From contig NC_058373.1 in the NCBI RefSeq assembly GCF_018350175.1, forward strand, positions 111,292,001 to 111,356,000: a stretch of 64,000 nt of DNA, read 5' to 3'. The DNA comes from Felis catus (Eukaryota). Shown here one piece after another: positions 47,991 to 60,214 of this stretch; position 1 is the first letter of the stretch; each line of letters starts with the position of its first letter. The notes under the pieces were generated by a model. That model was not told the DNA's origin, searched no databases, and saw nothing but the letters and a program-made list of their open reading frames with translations. The position numbers and the translations under genes were made by a program.

Positions 47991-48182
47991 CAGATGCCAG
48001 ATAAAATACAAGATGCCCAGTTCAATTTGGATATCAGATAAACAATAAACAATTTTTTAAAAATATAAGCATGCTCCAAATATTGTGTGGGACAATTTAA
48101 CTAAGAAAGTATCCATTGTTTATCTAAAATTCAAATTTACTTGGGCATTCTGTATTTTTATTTGCTAAATCTGATTGCCCTA
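47991..48182 (-). mobile_element. MER53 (hAT MITE), near full length, palindromic
   Basis: tgccagataaaatacaagatgcccagttcaatttggatatcagataaac...gtttatctaaaattcaaatttacttgggcattctgtatttttatttgctaaatctg. Confidence 0.9.
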
Positions 48183-49039
48183 GCTGGGATCTGAGTCAAC
48201 TAACGAGACCTCAATTTTTCTTGGGCCTATCAGACTTCTCAGAGAAAATCCTTCAGTTTGCCCTTTGGGGCTACAAGCCCAGCTGCTGATGTGCTAGAAG
48301 CCAATTGTGGGAAGAAAGCAGTTGTGGACTCTCTTCAGTGCTACCATCCACCCCTCTTCAAAGTGCCTGGTGTCCCTCTCTGGAACATAATCCTAGAGGA
48401 GAAGGGGAGAAGGAGGGGGACTAGAAGTGATCTGAATGGGTTTTATATAAACATTCAACCAATCCCTGTTTTCAGGCCTGCTTAGAACTCTGACCTTGGG
48501 AGATACCGGTTGCCTCCAGTGGCCGAGTCTCTGAAACCCTAACTGATTTCTTTCTCCAGCATGTTTAGCTTTCAACTTTCTCTGAAATATTATTCATTTC
48601 TCTGATTTGCTGTGTCTTTGTCTAGTGCTCTTTCAGTCTTTCTGGTTTTATGTCATTGAAATTTTTTTTTGCTGAATTTGTTTTGCGAGAATAGAGATAA
48701 ATGTGAGGGTTCAATCTGCCACGTGTGACTGGACAACAATGATTTTTCCATTTATTTTATTGGTCAATATACCTGGAGGAGAAATTGTCTGTAATGCGTT
48801 GCCTACTCCGATGTCCTGGGAAAAAGGTGTTTTGATAGCCCAGGATTTTTTTTTTCCCCTCCTTTTCCTCCCCTGCCCCCAGTGAAAGACCAAAGGTGCC
48901 CCTGGTATAGGTTATTTGGCCTTCCAGACTTGGTACTTCAGCAGTGTTGGCTCCCCAAGGAGGGCTGGACTGGAGTGCCTATAAATCTTCAATCTTAACC
49001 AACTGTGAGTTTTAAACCTAACTGTTCCCTGCAGGTCTG

Positions 49040-49185
49040 TGGCTTAGAGCAATGAATTTAGATAAGGGCAAGGTTTATTGTTGTTTATTGCTTTACAATA
49101 AGTGCTGTTTGCTCATGGTAATTGGTTTACAAAAGCTCTTCAGTCACTAATAAATAAACACCCAGGGTCATTTGTTAAGTTGGAA
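49040..49185. promoter_or_regulatory. Candidate enhancer with forkhead/SOX/GATA motif cluster
   Basis: AGATAA 49060-49065, TGTTTAT 49082-49088, TGTTTGC 49106-49112, GTTTAC 49125-49130, ATAAACA 49154-49160; motif evidence only. Confidence 0.3.
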
Positions 49186-52100
49186 GGTGAGGGGTCCCAG
49201 GGCTCAAGGACTGTGAACACTGGTCATTGCCTACTGCCTTGGAAACTACCTCTGAAATGAGCCTAGGAAATTTCAAACATAGTTTGATTACTTACAAAAA
49301 TTATTTTCTATCAACTCATATTGTTATAATTAAACTAGTTGCTACATGTGATAAATATTCTAGGCAGTAAAATTCAGGCTCCTAATCACCATAGACAAGG
49401 AATGGAAGTGAATAGCAAGAATGGGGCAGGAGTGCCAATAGCTCTCACTAGACTTGGCCCCATTTTACAGATGATGAAATAAGCCCAGAGAACCTTGTAG
49501 CGAGTAAGTGGTGCCAGTGGATTTAAATTCATGTTTGCCAGACACTGACTTGTAGAGAAGGATTTGGACCCTCTTCCAATTTAAAAATCTGAAGGGCCTG
49601 TGTTCATTCTGGGAAAACAAAGGGTAAAACCAAAGAACTCTCTGCAAACAGAAACTTCCTCTTCTATTTGCCAAAGGTGGTTTTACACAAAAAGTCATTT
49701 CTCTAGCAGATATGGCAGGGCAGCGGGATTGGGAGGCCAGTTGTCAGGAAGGCTTCTACTTTAGTTGTGTTATCAGCAAACCAAATCAGAAAAGATACAT
49801 GGTGGTAAGGAGCAAGAACAGCTTGCTCCTGGTTCAGCCCACAGTTAAAGAGCACTGATGTTCTTTTACAGTGGACAAGCTTATCGTCAGGAAAACAAAG
49901 AGACCTCTTTCCCCCTGACCAAAACACCCACAAAAAAACAAAAAACTCCAGGCTTGATGGGACTCAGACCTGGGCCTGTTACCTCTAGGTAGGGAGCTAT
50001 TAGAGAAAAAAGTGAGTTCCTGTGAAGAGTTTCATGGGGCAGGGGAGTAGAGCGGGGAGATGAATATGTCAGTTACTCTCAGGTAGTCCAGAAGAGTCTG
50101 GCAATGTTAAATTTTTAGGTTCATTTTAATTGTTCTGACGTCTTAACCTAGTAATAAATTGTTGTTAGTCATTTTTATGCAATGATAAAAGATGCATAAA
50201 GTGGTTAGTGCTACTTCCTGCTCAGGGGCCCCTCCTCAGGATGGAGTGTTATTGAGATACATTTTATCCAGGTAAGTTGGCAGTTTTATCAGAGTATAGA
50301 GGACACTGACAATTACCTCTCGTGCTGCAGCACACAATATAAAAAGCCTCCGAGTCCTAATTCCATCTGACCACGAGAACATGTCTTACAGAGAGAGCAA
50401 CTTTGGTGGCCCTGGAGAGTTTGGTCACCAGGTTACATTATTTTGATTGTAGAGGAAGCCCATATTCCTGCTTCAGAGTTAGGCATCAGTACATAGGGAG
50501 GTAGGTGATTAATAAATGTGATAAAATGGATATTCTGTGTTAAATGTGATCAAATGGGTATTCCATGTTAGATCTAAGCTGTATGAGTTTTTAGATCAAG
50601 TTCATATAAGAACATTCTTGAATCCTTTCCAGTACATTGAGGTCAGAGTGTCCATGGAAAGCCACCATGCACAGACGCTGGAAAAAAAAAATCATTCCTA
50701 ATTTCGGCCATGTGACCCCCAGTATCACCTTGCTGATGTGTTTAATTTTTAGTCCCTTAAAGTGGAGAGAACCCTTTTTTACAAGGTTACCATGTAGAGC
50801 AGTCATTGCCAAGCTTGATTTTGCAAAAAGCAAGAGCCTTTCTGAAGTTGTTGCGGATCCTCAAGAGGTTTCGATTTATCCTGGTATGGCCTTCCCACCA
50901 ACTGCATGCCATCAGGAGAAACACTTGTGAAATTAAACAATGATGGGGTGATGGGACTCCAAAAAAGGTTGGAAATTCTTGATGTAATAAGGTTGTACTG
51001 CTAAGAGTAAAGGAAGAAGTGACTTGTCTTTATGATGACTAATTTGACAATCGCAGGGCTTCATTTGGTTGCTGTTGCCAAAGGAGGAGGGAGGAGGAAG
51101 AAAAGACAGGGAGATGAGGGGCGGAGGGAGAGGGGCCTCAGTTGTGACAGTTCTACTAGACCATAAATTAAGCTAATTATTAGTATCAGCTGTTACTTAT
51201 TATTTAATTCAGTAGCACCACTCTGTAATTCCACAACTTGTAAGTTGGCACAGCGTTTTGTAATGGAGTTGTATAAAGATCCTATATAAAATTCAGCTTA
51301 CTATTCTTGTTATTATATTTAGGAGTCACCTGACCAAGCTGGCATTGATTATGAATTAAGAAGATAAACTTAAGGAAGAGGCTGAGAGGAAGCCGATGTT
51401 TGGCTAAAGGTTAAGTAGGATGAAATCTGCAATAAAGCCAAAGGTGTGGGTTCTATTTCTGATTTTGTCATCATTTTGACCTTTTGGGATGGAGATGAAA
51501 TGAAAATGTTTGTCTTGTATCTACCCACCCAGGATGTGATAGAGAACTCTGGGAGACTGTAGGAGAGAAACAGAGACTCCCCTAAATAAATGCATTAAGT
51601 AAATGTCAGGTAATACAACCCTTGACAGTCTTCTAGCTACCACACTTTGAAAAGCTATTTATTTAGGAGACAGAGGACAGAGATGCCTGGAGTTTCAGAT
51701 TGATACTCCTGCAGGGCACCTATATATATTAGAACACTTCCAGAATTATAGGTAAAATAAGTCCATGGGAGCAATAGGCAAATGTCTTTGTGTCTCCATA
51801 GTGACTCTTCCTTCTAGCATTGAAATTTTTCTTTGACTCTTCCATGTGAAGACTTATGAAAAAATATAGTACTACCTTTAAAAACACTTGATAAGGAATT
51901 TTTTAAACAAATAAAAATAATATGTAGAAACACTGGAAAGCAGGATCATATGAGCCAAATTCAGACCTTCAGTAAATATCTAGTGAGCACGAATTACCTT
52001 GTGTGCCAGGCACTGTGCGTAGATCTAAGATTGTAGTGGTGAGTGATGTGGACAGGAATGCAGTTTCCATGGAACTTAAAGGCTGAGTACTTTCTGGGTT

Positions 52101-52727
52101 TAAGAGAGGGAGGTCTGAGCATCTGAAATCTGTTTTTTGTAAGTAGGCTAGACCAAAGTAGTAAGTGGGAAACAATTTATAGTGGTTCAGTATTCAAGCC
52201 GTGGAGAACCAAGTAGGGGTGCTACCCTGAGTTCATCCCAGCCCTCTGCCACCTTATCCCCCACCTCTATTCCCACTGGATTTTTGGCAGCTGAAGGGTC
52301 ATCCCTCTGGGGTTCCCCAAGGCTCATTCAGGCAGGTTGGTCAAGTTTCCTGCCTTTTTTGCAGCCCATTCCCCAACTTGGTTCACTGGGATGTCAATGA
52401 AGGAAAACCTTGGCAGTTACTTCTGTGTTTACTGATCCTAATTTTGGAAAGTGTTTCTGAGAGGAAAGGACAGCTAACGTCATGAGTTTCCTATCTAGAG
52501 GCTCCATCTGCATCTGAAAAGAATTGTAGCTTACTGGCTTGCTCGCCTGTATGATATAGCAGGGATAATAATGGGGGGCTCTGGCAGTGGAGGATGGCTC
52601 AATCCTTAGTGGACAACCCTGTGCCCACACAGTTGCTCAGGCATCACAGAAAGAGGTGGCACAGTCCTAGCCCTTGATGGATTTGTAACCTAAAGTTAAC
52701 ATTTTTTACATTTAAAAGGAGAACTTA

Positions 52728-52954
52728 GGGGCGCCTGGGTGGCGCAGTCGGTTAAGCGTCTGACTTCAGCCAGGTCACGATCTCGCGGTCCGTGAGTTCG
52801 AGCCCCGCATCGGTCTCTGGGCTGATGGCTCAGAGCCTGGAGCCTGTTTCCGATTCTGTGTCTCCCTCTCTCTCTGCCCCTCCCCCGTTCATGCTCTGTC
52901 TCTCTCTATCCCAAAAATAAATAAACGTTGAAAAAAAAAATTAAAAAAAAAAAA
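52728..52954 (+). mobile_element. Young felid Can-SINE (SINEC_Fc-like)
   Basis: TSD aaaaggagaactta at 52714-52727 and 52955-52968 at a TT|AAAA L1-endonuclease site. Confidence 0.96.
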
Positions 52955-53858
52955 AAAAGGAGAACTTAAAAATATGCAGGTTAATTCCACTTCTTAAATA
53001 TTTATTAATTGCCCTTAGCTTGGACCATTAAACACTCTCTTTAAAACCCCATCTTTCTTTGCCCTCTCTAGTGGAGTGTTCACAATAATAGGTTTTTCCT
53101 CTTTCTTCAAATGTTCTTCTACAGCATTTCCCTTTAAACTAAACTAAGGAAATATTATCATAGCTGAAATCTTTCCCTATTCAGCTAGAAATGAGTATTT
53201 AACTTAAAACAAATTGCAGGTTAAGCTTTAAAGGGCCATTAATTAGTAATGGTACCAGAGGAGCAAGGTGACTAGATGGCTGAAATCAGGCAGAACAGCC
53301 TAATTTTTGCTTCTTATCCCGTGTGACATTTGTCCTTCAGAAGCACGTTAGATGACCGGATGAGCTTCCTTGCTAGAATTTCAGCATGGTGCCAGGCACA
53401 TACAAAGTTCTTAGTAACTGTTCTCTGCCCTTTCCCTTTTTTCTCCCAGTAGCCACCATGCCTTCTACTGCGTTATGAAAATGATGGCTTAAACTCCCTC
53501 AACCTTTCTCAATTTAGAGTTTATCTCTTTGGCATTCCTTTCCTGAGATTCCTCTAATAATCTCCTGCCACTCCCAGGTTCCTCTGTGGCCCTGCTATTC
53601 CAGTAACCCCCCCTCTACTGTGTATCTTCATTCTCTCCCTCTGATGTTTCCTTAACTTAGTCAGCCAATATGCTCTCCCATGAGGTCCAACAAAACTTTC
53701 TCTCCAAACTTTTTCTGCTTAAGTTACTGGCTGTTTTCTACTATCTACTGGACCAAGCATCTTGAAACAGTGGTCTACACCCACTCCAGTTCCTCATCTA
53801 AAATCTGCTCTTTACTTGTTGCAATCTGGCTCCCGCAGTCACTAAAATTGCTTCCCCA

Positions 53859-54060
53859 GGGGCACCTGGGTGGCTCAGTCAAGCGCCTGACTTCAGCTCA
53901 GGTCATGATCTCACGGTTCATGAGTTGGAGCCCCACATCAGGCTCTGTGTTGACAGCTCAAATCCTGGAGCCTGCTTTGGATTCTGTGTCTCCCTCTTTC
54001 TGCCCCTCCCCAGCTCGTGCTCTCTCTCTTAAAAAAAAATAAACATTAAAAAAATATTGT
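53859..54060 (+). mobile_element. Can-SINE
   Basis: TSD aaaattgctt[c/t]cccag. Confidence 0.94.
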
Positions 54061-54444
54061 TTAAAAAATTGCTTTCCCAGAGACCAGTAATGATCTCCTA
54101 TTTACCAAATGTAGTGGCCTCTTCTCATTCCCCTTCCGCCTGTCTATGGCATGTGATGTACTTACCCACTCCTGATTAAAATTTTTCTTACTGCCTTTAT
54201 CTCTATTTGCCATTCTTTATCATGTGTGCTCTTTATCATCTCCCTTGCCAGCCTCCATTCTTAGCTGCTTCGTTTTTCTTTCGATCTGGATGTAGTAAGA
54301 ATTACCTGGGGAGCTGTTTAAAAATCCAAACCCAGATTAAATCCAATGAAATCTGATTAAATACACCCCAACTAAGTCTGATTTCTGATCCCACCCAGAA
54401 ATTAGATTTAATTGATCTGGGGTTGGACCCTGGCCTTTACTTTT

Positions 54445-54665
54445 AAAAAAAAAATTTTTTTTTTAACGTTTATTTATTTTTGAGACAGAGAGAGACAGAG
54501 CATGAATGGGGGAGGGTCAGAGAGAGGGAGACACAGAATCTGAAACAGGCTCCAGGCTCTGAGCTGTCAGCACAGAACCCGATGCGGGGCTTGAACTCAC
54601 GGACCGCGAGATCATGACCTGAGCCGAAGTCGGCGGCTTAACCGACTGAGCCACCCAGGCGCCCC
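54445..54665 (-). mobile_element. Can-SINE inserted in a MER5-like element (about 54290-54732)
   Basis: TSD ccctggcctttactttt at 54428-54444 and 54666-54682. Confidence 0.95.
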
Positions 54666-55046
54666 CCCTGGCCTTTACTTTTTAAATGCCCCTCAGATGA
54701 TTCTCAAGGACTGCTAGAACTGAGAACCATAGCTCTAGAGTATCTACTTCTATCTTTCTTAGATTATTCCTGATCCATAGACCCAACATTTTAGTTCTTT
54801 GCTGAGCTTCTCAGCCTTAATGCTCCATGGCGCTTCACTTTCTAGATGGTCCAGTCAAACTCATGTTCCCAGTTCTAAGAACCTCTTCCTCTGTGTTTAT
54901 AGGGTCACCATTCTCCCAAGCTGGAAACCTAGAAGTCATCCTAAAAAACTCCTTTGGCTTTCCCCCCTCAATTCACTTATTTGCCATGCCCTATAGATTT
55001 TGTTATTGGCCAATTTAAAATTTTTTAATGTTTTATTTATTTTTTA

Positions 55047-55291
55047 TTTTTTTATTTTTATTTATTTTTTTTTTTAATTTTTTTTTTCAACGTTTATTTA
55101 TTTTTGGGACAGAGAGAGACAGAGCATGAATGGGGGAGGGGCAGAGAGAGAGGGAGACACAGAATCGGAAACAGGCTCCAGGCTCTGAGCCATCAGCCCA
55201 GAGCCTGACGCGGGGCTCGAACTCACGGACCGTGAGACCGTGACCTGGCTGAAGTCGGACGCTTAAACCGACTGCGCCACCCAGGCGCCCC
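55047..55291 (-). mobile_element. Young felid Can-SINE nested in the tail of an older Can-SINE (host about 55015-55469)
   Basis: TSD ttttatttatttttta at 55031-55046 and 55292-55307. Confidence 0.94.
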
Positions 55292-55799
55292 TTTTATTTA
55301 TTTTTTAAAGAGAGAGAGAGAGAGAGAGAGGGAGACATGGAATCCAACGCAGGCTCCAGGCTCTGAGCTGCCAGCATAGAGCCCAATGTGGGGCTCGAAC
55401 TCACCAACTTTGAGATCAAGACTTGAGCCGAAGTCGGCTGCTTAACTGACAGGCCACCTAAGTAGCCCAGTTGACCGATTTTAAATCTATTCTCGCTACT
55501 ATCATCCAGTGCCCCATTTTAGGACATTACTGCCATAACTTCTTACCTGACTTCTTACCTACCTCCATCCTGCACATGCTAGCAGGCAGATCTGACTGTA
55601 CCCACTCAATAACTACTACTGGATTTCTTTTACCCGAGAGTAAAGTCCAAATTCCTTAGTGAGGCCCTCACAATCTGGCCCCACTTCTCTAAAACTACTC
55701 TCCTCTGCCCTAGATTCCCACCCCATCATGTTCCCCATAATGCAATCACAGTTCCTCAATCATGACATGTGTTCCTTTTTGCCTTTGCTTATACTACTT

Positions 55800-56250
55800 T
55801 AAGACTGGGTTCAACTCAGATGTTCCAAATTAAGAGACTATTTAAGAGACACGGGCAAGGTAAAGGGAGACCACAAGAGTGTTTAAGACATTCAGACACT
55901 AGCAGAGTGGGAAGCTCTTATCTTCTATAGGCCCAAAGGGCCAAGGAGATGAAATACTGTTACCAAAGCCCAGTGAGAGCTGGAGCCATGGGAAAGGAGG
56001 CCATGAGTAGGAGCTGTGGGTAGGGAGAGTTGCAGCCCCTGCCAAACCACAGTGCTGAATCAGGGAAGGGACAGTGAATAAATACCCCAACTCTCTCTCT
56101 TCCTGCCCTCTTATCTCTGGCAGATGTCTTGGATTGGCCAAACTCAACTAAAAGCCAGCCAGCCACCAAGGATGGTCAGATGATTCAGTCTATAGATTAT
56201 AAAGCAGGGCAGAGAGAGGCAGAGAAATGAATGGTGGTGTGAGGGAGGGG
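55800..56250 (-). mobile_element. ERVL solo LTR (LTR33-like)
   Basis: aggcccaaagggccaagg..gaataaataccccaactctctctcttcctgccctc..attggccaaactcaactaaaagccag. Confidence 0.65.
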
Positions 56251-57219
56251 GAAATTAAATGGAGAAATTAATGGAATGGAAATAAATGGAATTAAATGGG
56301 AGATTAAATTAACTACGTGAGCCCCCGTTATATATAGTAAAATCCCTTGTATCTTACAGGACATGGTTCAAATGTCGCCTTTTATGTTGTCTTCCCTCAT
56401 TTTCCAGCCCCAGGATCCAGTTATTTTACTCCCCTATGCTCCCTCAGCTGTTGTTATGTCTATGTTACTGCAGCTATCAGTCTGACTTATGATACAATTA
56501 TTTATGTATCTGCATCCATCTCTTGCATCATATTTCGTGCTGCTGGAGGAAAGGGATAGCACTTCATTTGGTGCAGTCTTTTGCAGGTAACAGGCACTCA
56601 ATAACTGTGGGTTGAATTTAATTGTGTTTCCATGTTATCTCCTTCTCCGCCTCTGTCAGGGAGATTCATACCTACTTGTAAACCATAGTGGTCACAATTT
56701 TTACATGCCCACTTTTCAGAAGGGTTCCTTTTGGTCTCCTTCAGCTTCTTGCTTAATTTTCTCCTTCTACTTACCACGTTTCTTAGCTTAGATACTTCAA
56801 ACCCAGCTCACCCTCAAACTGGGAATATTGCTGTCACTGACCCTGGCAAGTGTCTCTAGCTTTATTCCATGTCTTAAGTGGCACATACAAACTGTTTTTT
56901 TTTTTTCCCTTTAATTTATGCATGAGCCAAGCCTCAAAATGAAGTCCCAGAACCCAATTTTTTATTCTTCATTGGACTTTAAACTCTTCTGAATAGAAGT
57001 TATGCTTGGCTTAACAATGTTTTGCATACAGAAAAGGCTATATGTTGCTTCTATTCTTTATAAATACCAATAGCAAGTACAGCTAGCATATTTTTACTAT
57101 GCAAACACTATTCTGCATTGATAGTTTGGATGCACACTGGTATGTGACTTTGAGATTTTTATATGAAAAGAAGTATTTTTAGACCCAGTAAAAAATTATT
57201 TTACATCTGTGATGTTGAT

Positions 57220-57457
57220 AATGCTAGAAATAATGGCAAAAATGATAATTGCCATAGAAGTTCTGAGTTTTCATCTCAAATACTGTACTTTTCGTAATAA
57301 GAAATTCAATTTTGCCTTTTTTTTAAACTTTCTTTTTCTCTCCTTAACATCCTCACTCCTTCCTCTACTTTCTTGAGCATATGTTGCATAGTTATTACAG
57401 CTGTTTTTAAAAAAATGTTATTTATTTATTCATTTATTTATTTATTTATTTATTTAC

Positions 57458-57500
<43 letters not shown>

Positions 57501-58632
57501 AGCAGAGACAGAGGGAGAGAGAGAATCTCAAGCAGGCTCCATACTGTCAGTGCAGAGCCTGATGTGGAACATGATCCCATGACCTCGAGGTGATAAATGA
57601 GGCCATAACAAGAGTTGGATGCTCAACCCACGGAGCCACCCAGGTGCCCCTATTACAGCTGTTTTAATGTTTTTATGTACTAATTGTATCACATATCTGC
57701 TTCTATTGATTGATTGATTTGTTTTCCTCATGATGGGTTGCATTTCCTGCTTAAATTTGCATGCCTGGTGAAAAAAAAAGAAATATCAATAAAAATAGTA
57801 GATTCCAGGCATTGTGAATTTCACATTGTTGGATGCTTGATTTTTTCCCTTCTTCCCTTCCTTCCTTCTTCCCTTCCTCCTTGTCTTCCTTTCTCCCTTT
57901 CTTCCTCCATTTCTTTCTTTCTTTCTGTCTGTCTTTCTGTATTTCCTTTAAATATTTTTGAGTTATGTTCTGGGACACAGTTACTTGGAAACAGTTTGAT
58001 CCTTTTGAGTCTCGTCTTTAAACTCTAAAAGGAGCTGAGCAGCCTTTAGAACTAAGGGGTAATTTAGCCTACTAAAGAGGCAATACTTCTCTGATATTCA
58101 AGCCAATGCCCAATGTGATAGAAAGTTTTTCCATTTAGGCTGTTGGGAATGTGAACTATTTCTAGCCCCGTGTGAATGCTAGTAATTGCTCCTTTCAGGT
58201 ATTTTACTGCTTGGCCTCAGGTAGTTTCCTTAAACACGTATGTTGATTAGCACTCAGCTAAAGACTCACGATGGGGAGCCCCTGCGGATCTTCAGAACTC
58301 TCTTTGTGTGTAGCTTTCTTCTCTCTGGTAATCTTTCCTACAAATTCTGGCTGTCTTAGCCGATCTGAGTTCTCACCTCTGTCTCTTCAACTCAGGAAAA
58401 CTGCCAGGCTTTGTTGGGGTTCCCTTGCCTGTGCCGTAGCCTAGACTCTCTCCAGGTGGTAAGCTGGGGTGATTGTAGGTTCACCTCATTTAATTCTCTT
58501 CTTTCAAAGATCACTGTCCTCTGCTGCATGTTGTCCAATATCTAAAAACTATTGTTAATATATTTTGTTTGGTTCTCATTTGTTTAAATAAAGGGTAAAT
58601 CAGGTCTCTGTTATTCTATCATGGCCACGAGT
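57220..58632 (-). mobile_element. Old L1M fragment containing a Can-SINE (about 57405-57650)
   Basis: gggttgcatttcctgcttaaatttgcatgcctgg, gagttatgttctgggacacagttac, gatcactgtcctctgctgcatgttgtccaa; SINE TSD tattacagctgtttt. Confidence 0.75.
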
Positions 58633-59189
58633 GAAAGTCACAGTTTTGACCTTTAACTGGGGAATGGAGAGGTATATCAAACCAATTTTGTGTCAGAAAA
58701 ATAAGCTAGAGTATGACCATGGCCCAGCCATTTATCCTCTTAGCTTTACTTTCCTTGCCTGTAAAGTGAAGAGGTTGATCTATATGCTCATGAAGTTCTT
58801 CTCTGGTTCTTAAATTCTGTAATTATATAATTAAGCATAGGTTTACCTTTGCCGAGAAAATTGATGTATAGTCTTCAAAGTGATAGTTTAAAGATCCAGA
58901 TCTATGGAACTTTCATTTTGCCATAATAAAGTAAATTTAGATGATTTCTTTTAATAGATGAAGAAGGAGTCTTAAGTTACAAGCTTAGGAAGGACAGTAC
59001 AAATCCCATAGTGCACACCTGTGAAATAACCACAATTTGAAAAGGGGGAAATGTAGAGGAATATTCTTGTTTCATTATTGTTTACAGAGACTAGGTGTCA
59101 TGAATTGGACATAGTAAGCGGCTGGTAAATATCTGTTGAATATCTCAGTGGCACTTGAAGCCATTTTCCTAACAGAGAAAAGTAATTTA

Positions 59190-59650
59190 GAAAGCTTCCA
59201 CTATAGCAAAAGTTGGAAACAAACAAAAAAATCCATCCATATTGGGATTGGTTAGTGGTACATCCATGTAATGAAACATTATACAACAATAAAAATACTG
59301 AAGCAGAGTGGTATGCACTAATACGGAATGCTTTCAGAAATACGTTGTTAAATTAAAAAATGAGATCACTCTATAAATTTTTATACTCATGTATTTTCTA
59401 ATAAAAAGACTTAAAAACGAGTTGAAAAAGCAATGTGTATAGTAGTATATTATTTTACATACTATATATTATGTATAAATAAAATCTGTTTTAGGGCTAT
59501 ATAATTATCTAGAAAGGTACAGAAATCGGCATCTCTGGTGCCTCAGCAAAGGAGGACGAGGGGACAGTGTGAAGGAGAGACTCACTTTCCCTGTAGGCCC
59601 TTTTATATATACCCTTTGGATTTTTTATCATGTGCATATGTCATCTCATT
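59190..59650 (+). mobile_element. L1ME-like 3' end
   Basis: atagcaaaagttggaaacaa..gtggtacatccatgtaatgaaacattatac..tttttatcatgtgcatatg. Confidence 0.7.
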
Positions 59651-59673
59651 TTAAACGTGCTGCTACTTGATAC

Positions 59674-59684
59674 CTATCCATCTA

Positions 59685-59727
<43 letters not shown>

Positions 59728-59770
59728 TTATCTATCTATCCATCCGTCTATCTATCTACCTATCTACCTA
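59674..59770. repeat. (TATC)n STR
   Basis: Seen directly in the sequence. Confidence 0.97.
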
Positions 59771-60112
59771 ATATTTTTTTCTTTTTCAGTAAAGTAACCA
59801 AAATTCTCTAAAAAGTGTTAGCAGTGTGGGAAAATTTTCCCATTTCTAGATTACTTGTTTAAAGGAGCCAGGTCACACCCACTTTTTTCTGCTATTACTC
59901 CAGGGCACCTCTATGGCTATAATTAATTTCCTATTCCTTATGAAAAGAATCATCATGGTAGATACCTAAGTGACTGGCATCTGGAGCATCATGCTTGTTT
60001 GAATATGGGTGTGTGAGAGAAAGAACAAGGCCATTTGTTTTCATGATCCTATATAGTATTTACGGCGTTTCATTAACTTGTTCTCTAACCCACCCTTCTT
60101 TCTGGCTTCCAG

Positions 60113-60214
60113 AGGCGCTACCAAGAAAACACAGGATGTAGGAGCTGAACAGTGAGGCTGTGTGATTCACAAGACATTAACTTGTAGCCAGCTTGCTCCT
60201 TTCCAGTGCCGCAG
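60113..60214 (+). other. Candidate non-coding exon
   Basis: Branch point CTAAC 60085-60089, pyrimidine tract, CAG acceptor at 60110-60112, donor CAG|GTAATG; stops in all three frames. Confidence 0.35.

Larger units (their letters stand above)
53600..55790 (+). mobile_element. Fragmented L2 hosting several SINEs and a MER5
   Basis: gcaatctggctccc..ccagtaatgatctcctatttaccaaatgtagtggcc; caccattctcccaagctggaaacctagaagtcatcc; aagtccaaattccttag. Confidence 0.75.

Noticed and set aside
56252..56312. Degenerate (AATGG)-like repeat resembling satellite DNA
   Set aside because: Short low-complexity tract at an LTR end, with no array structure.
1131..57743. Recurrent similar ORFs (..AQVMISRSVSSSP..SLEPASDSVSPSLS..) suggesting a repeated gene family
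   Set aside because: All are translations of Can-SINE bodies.
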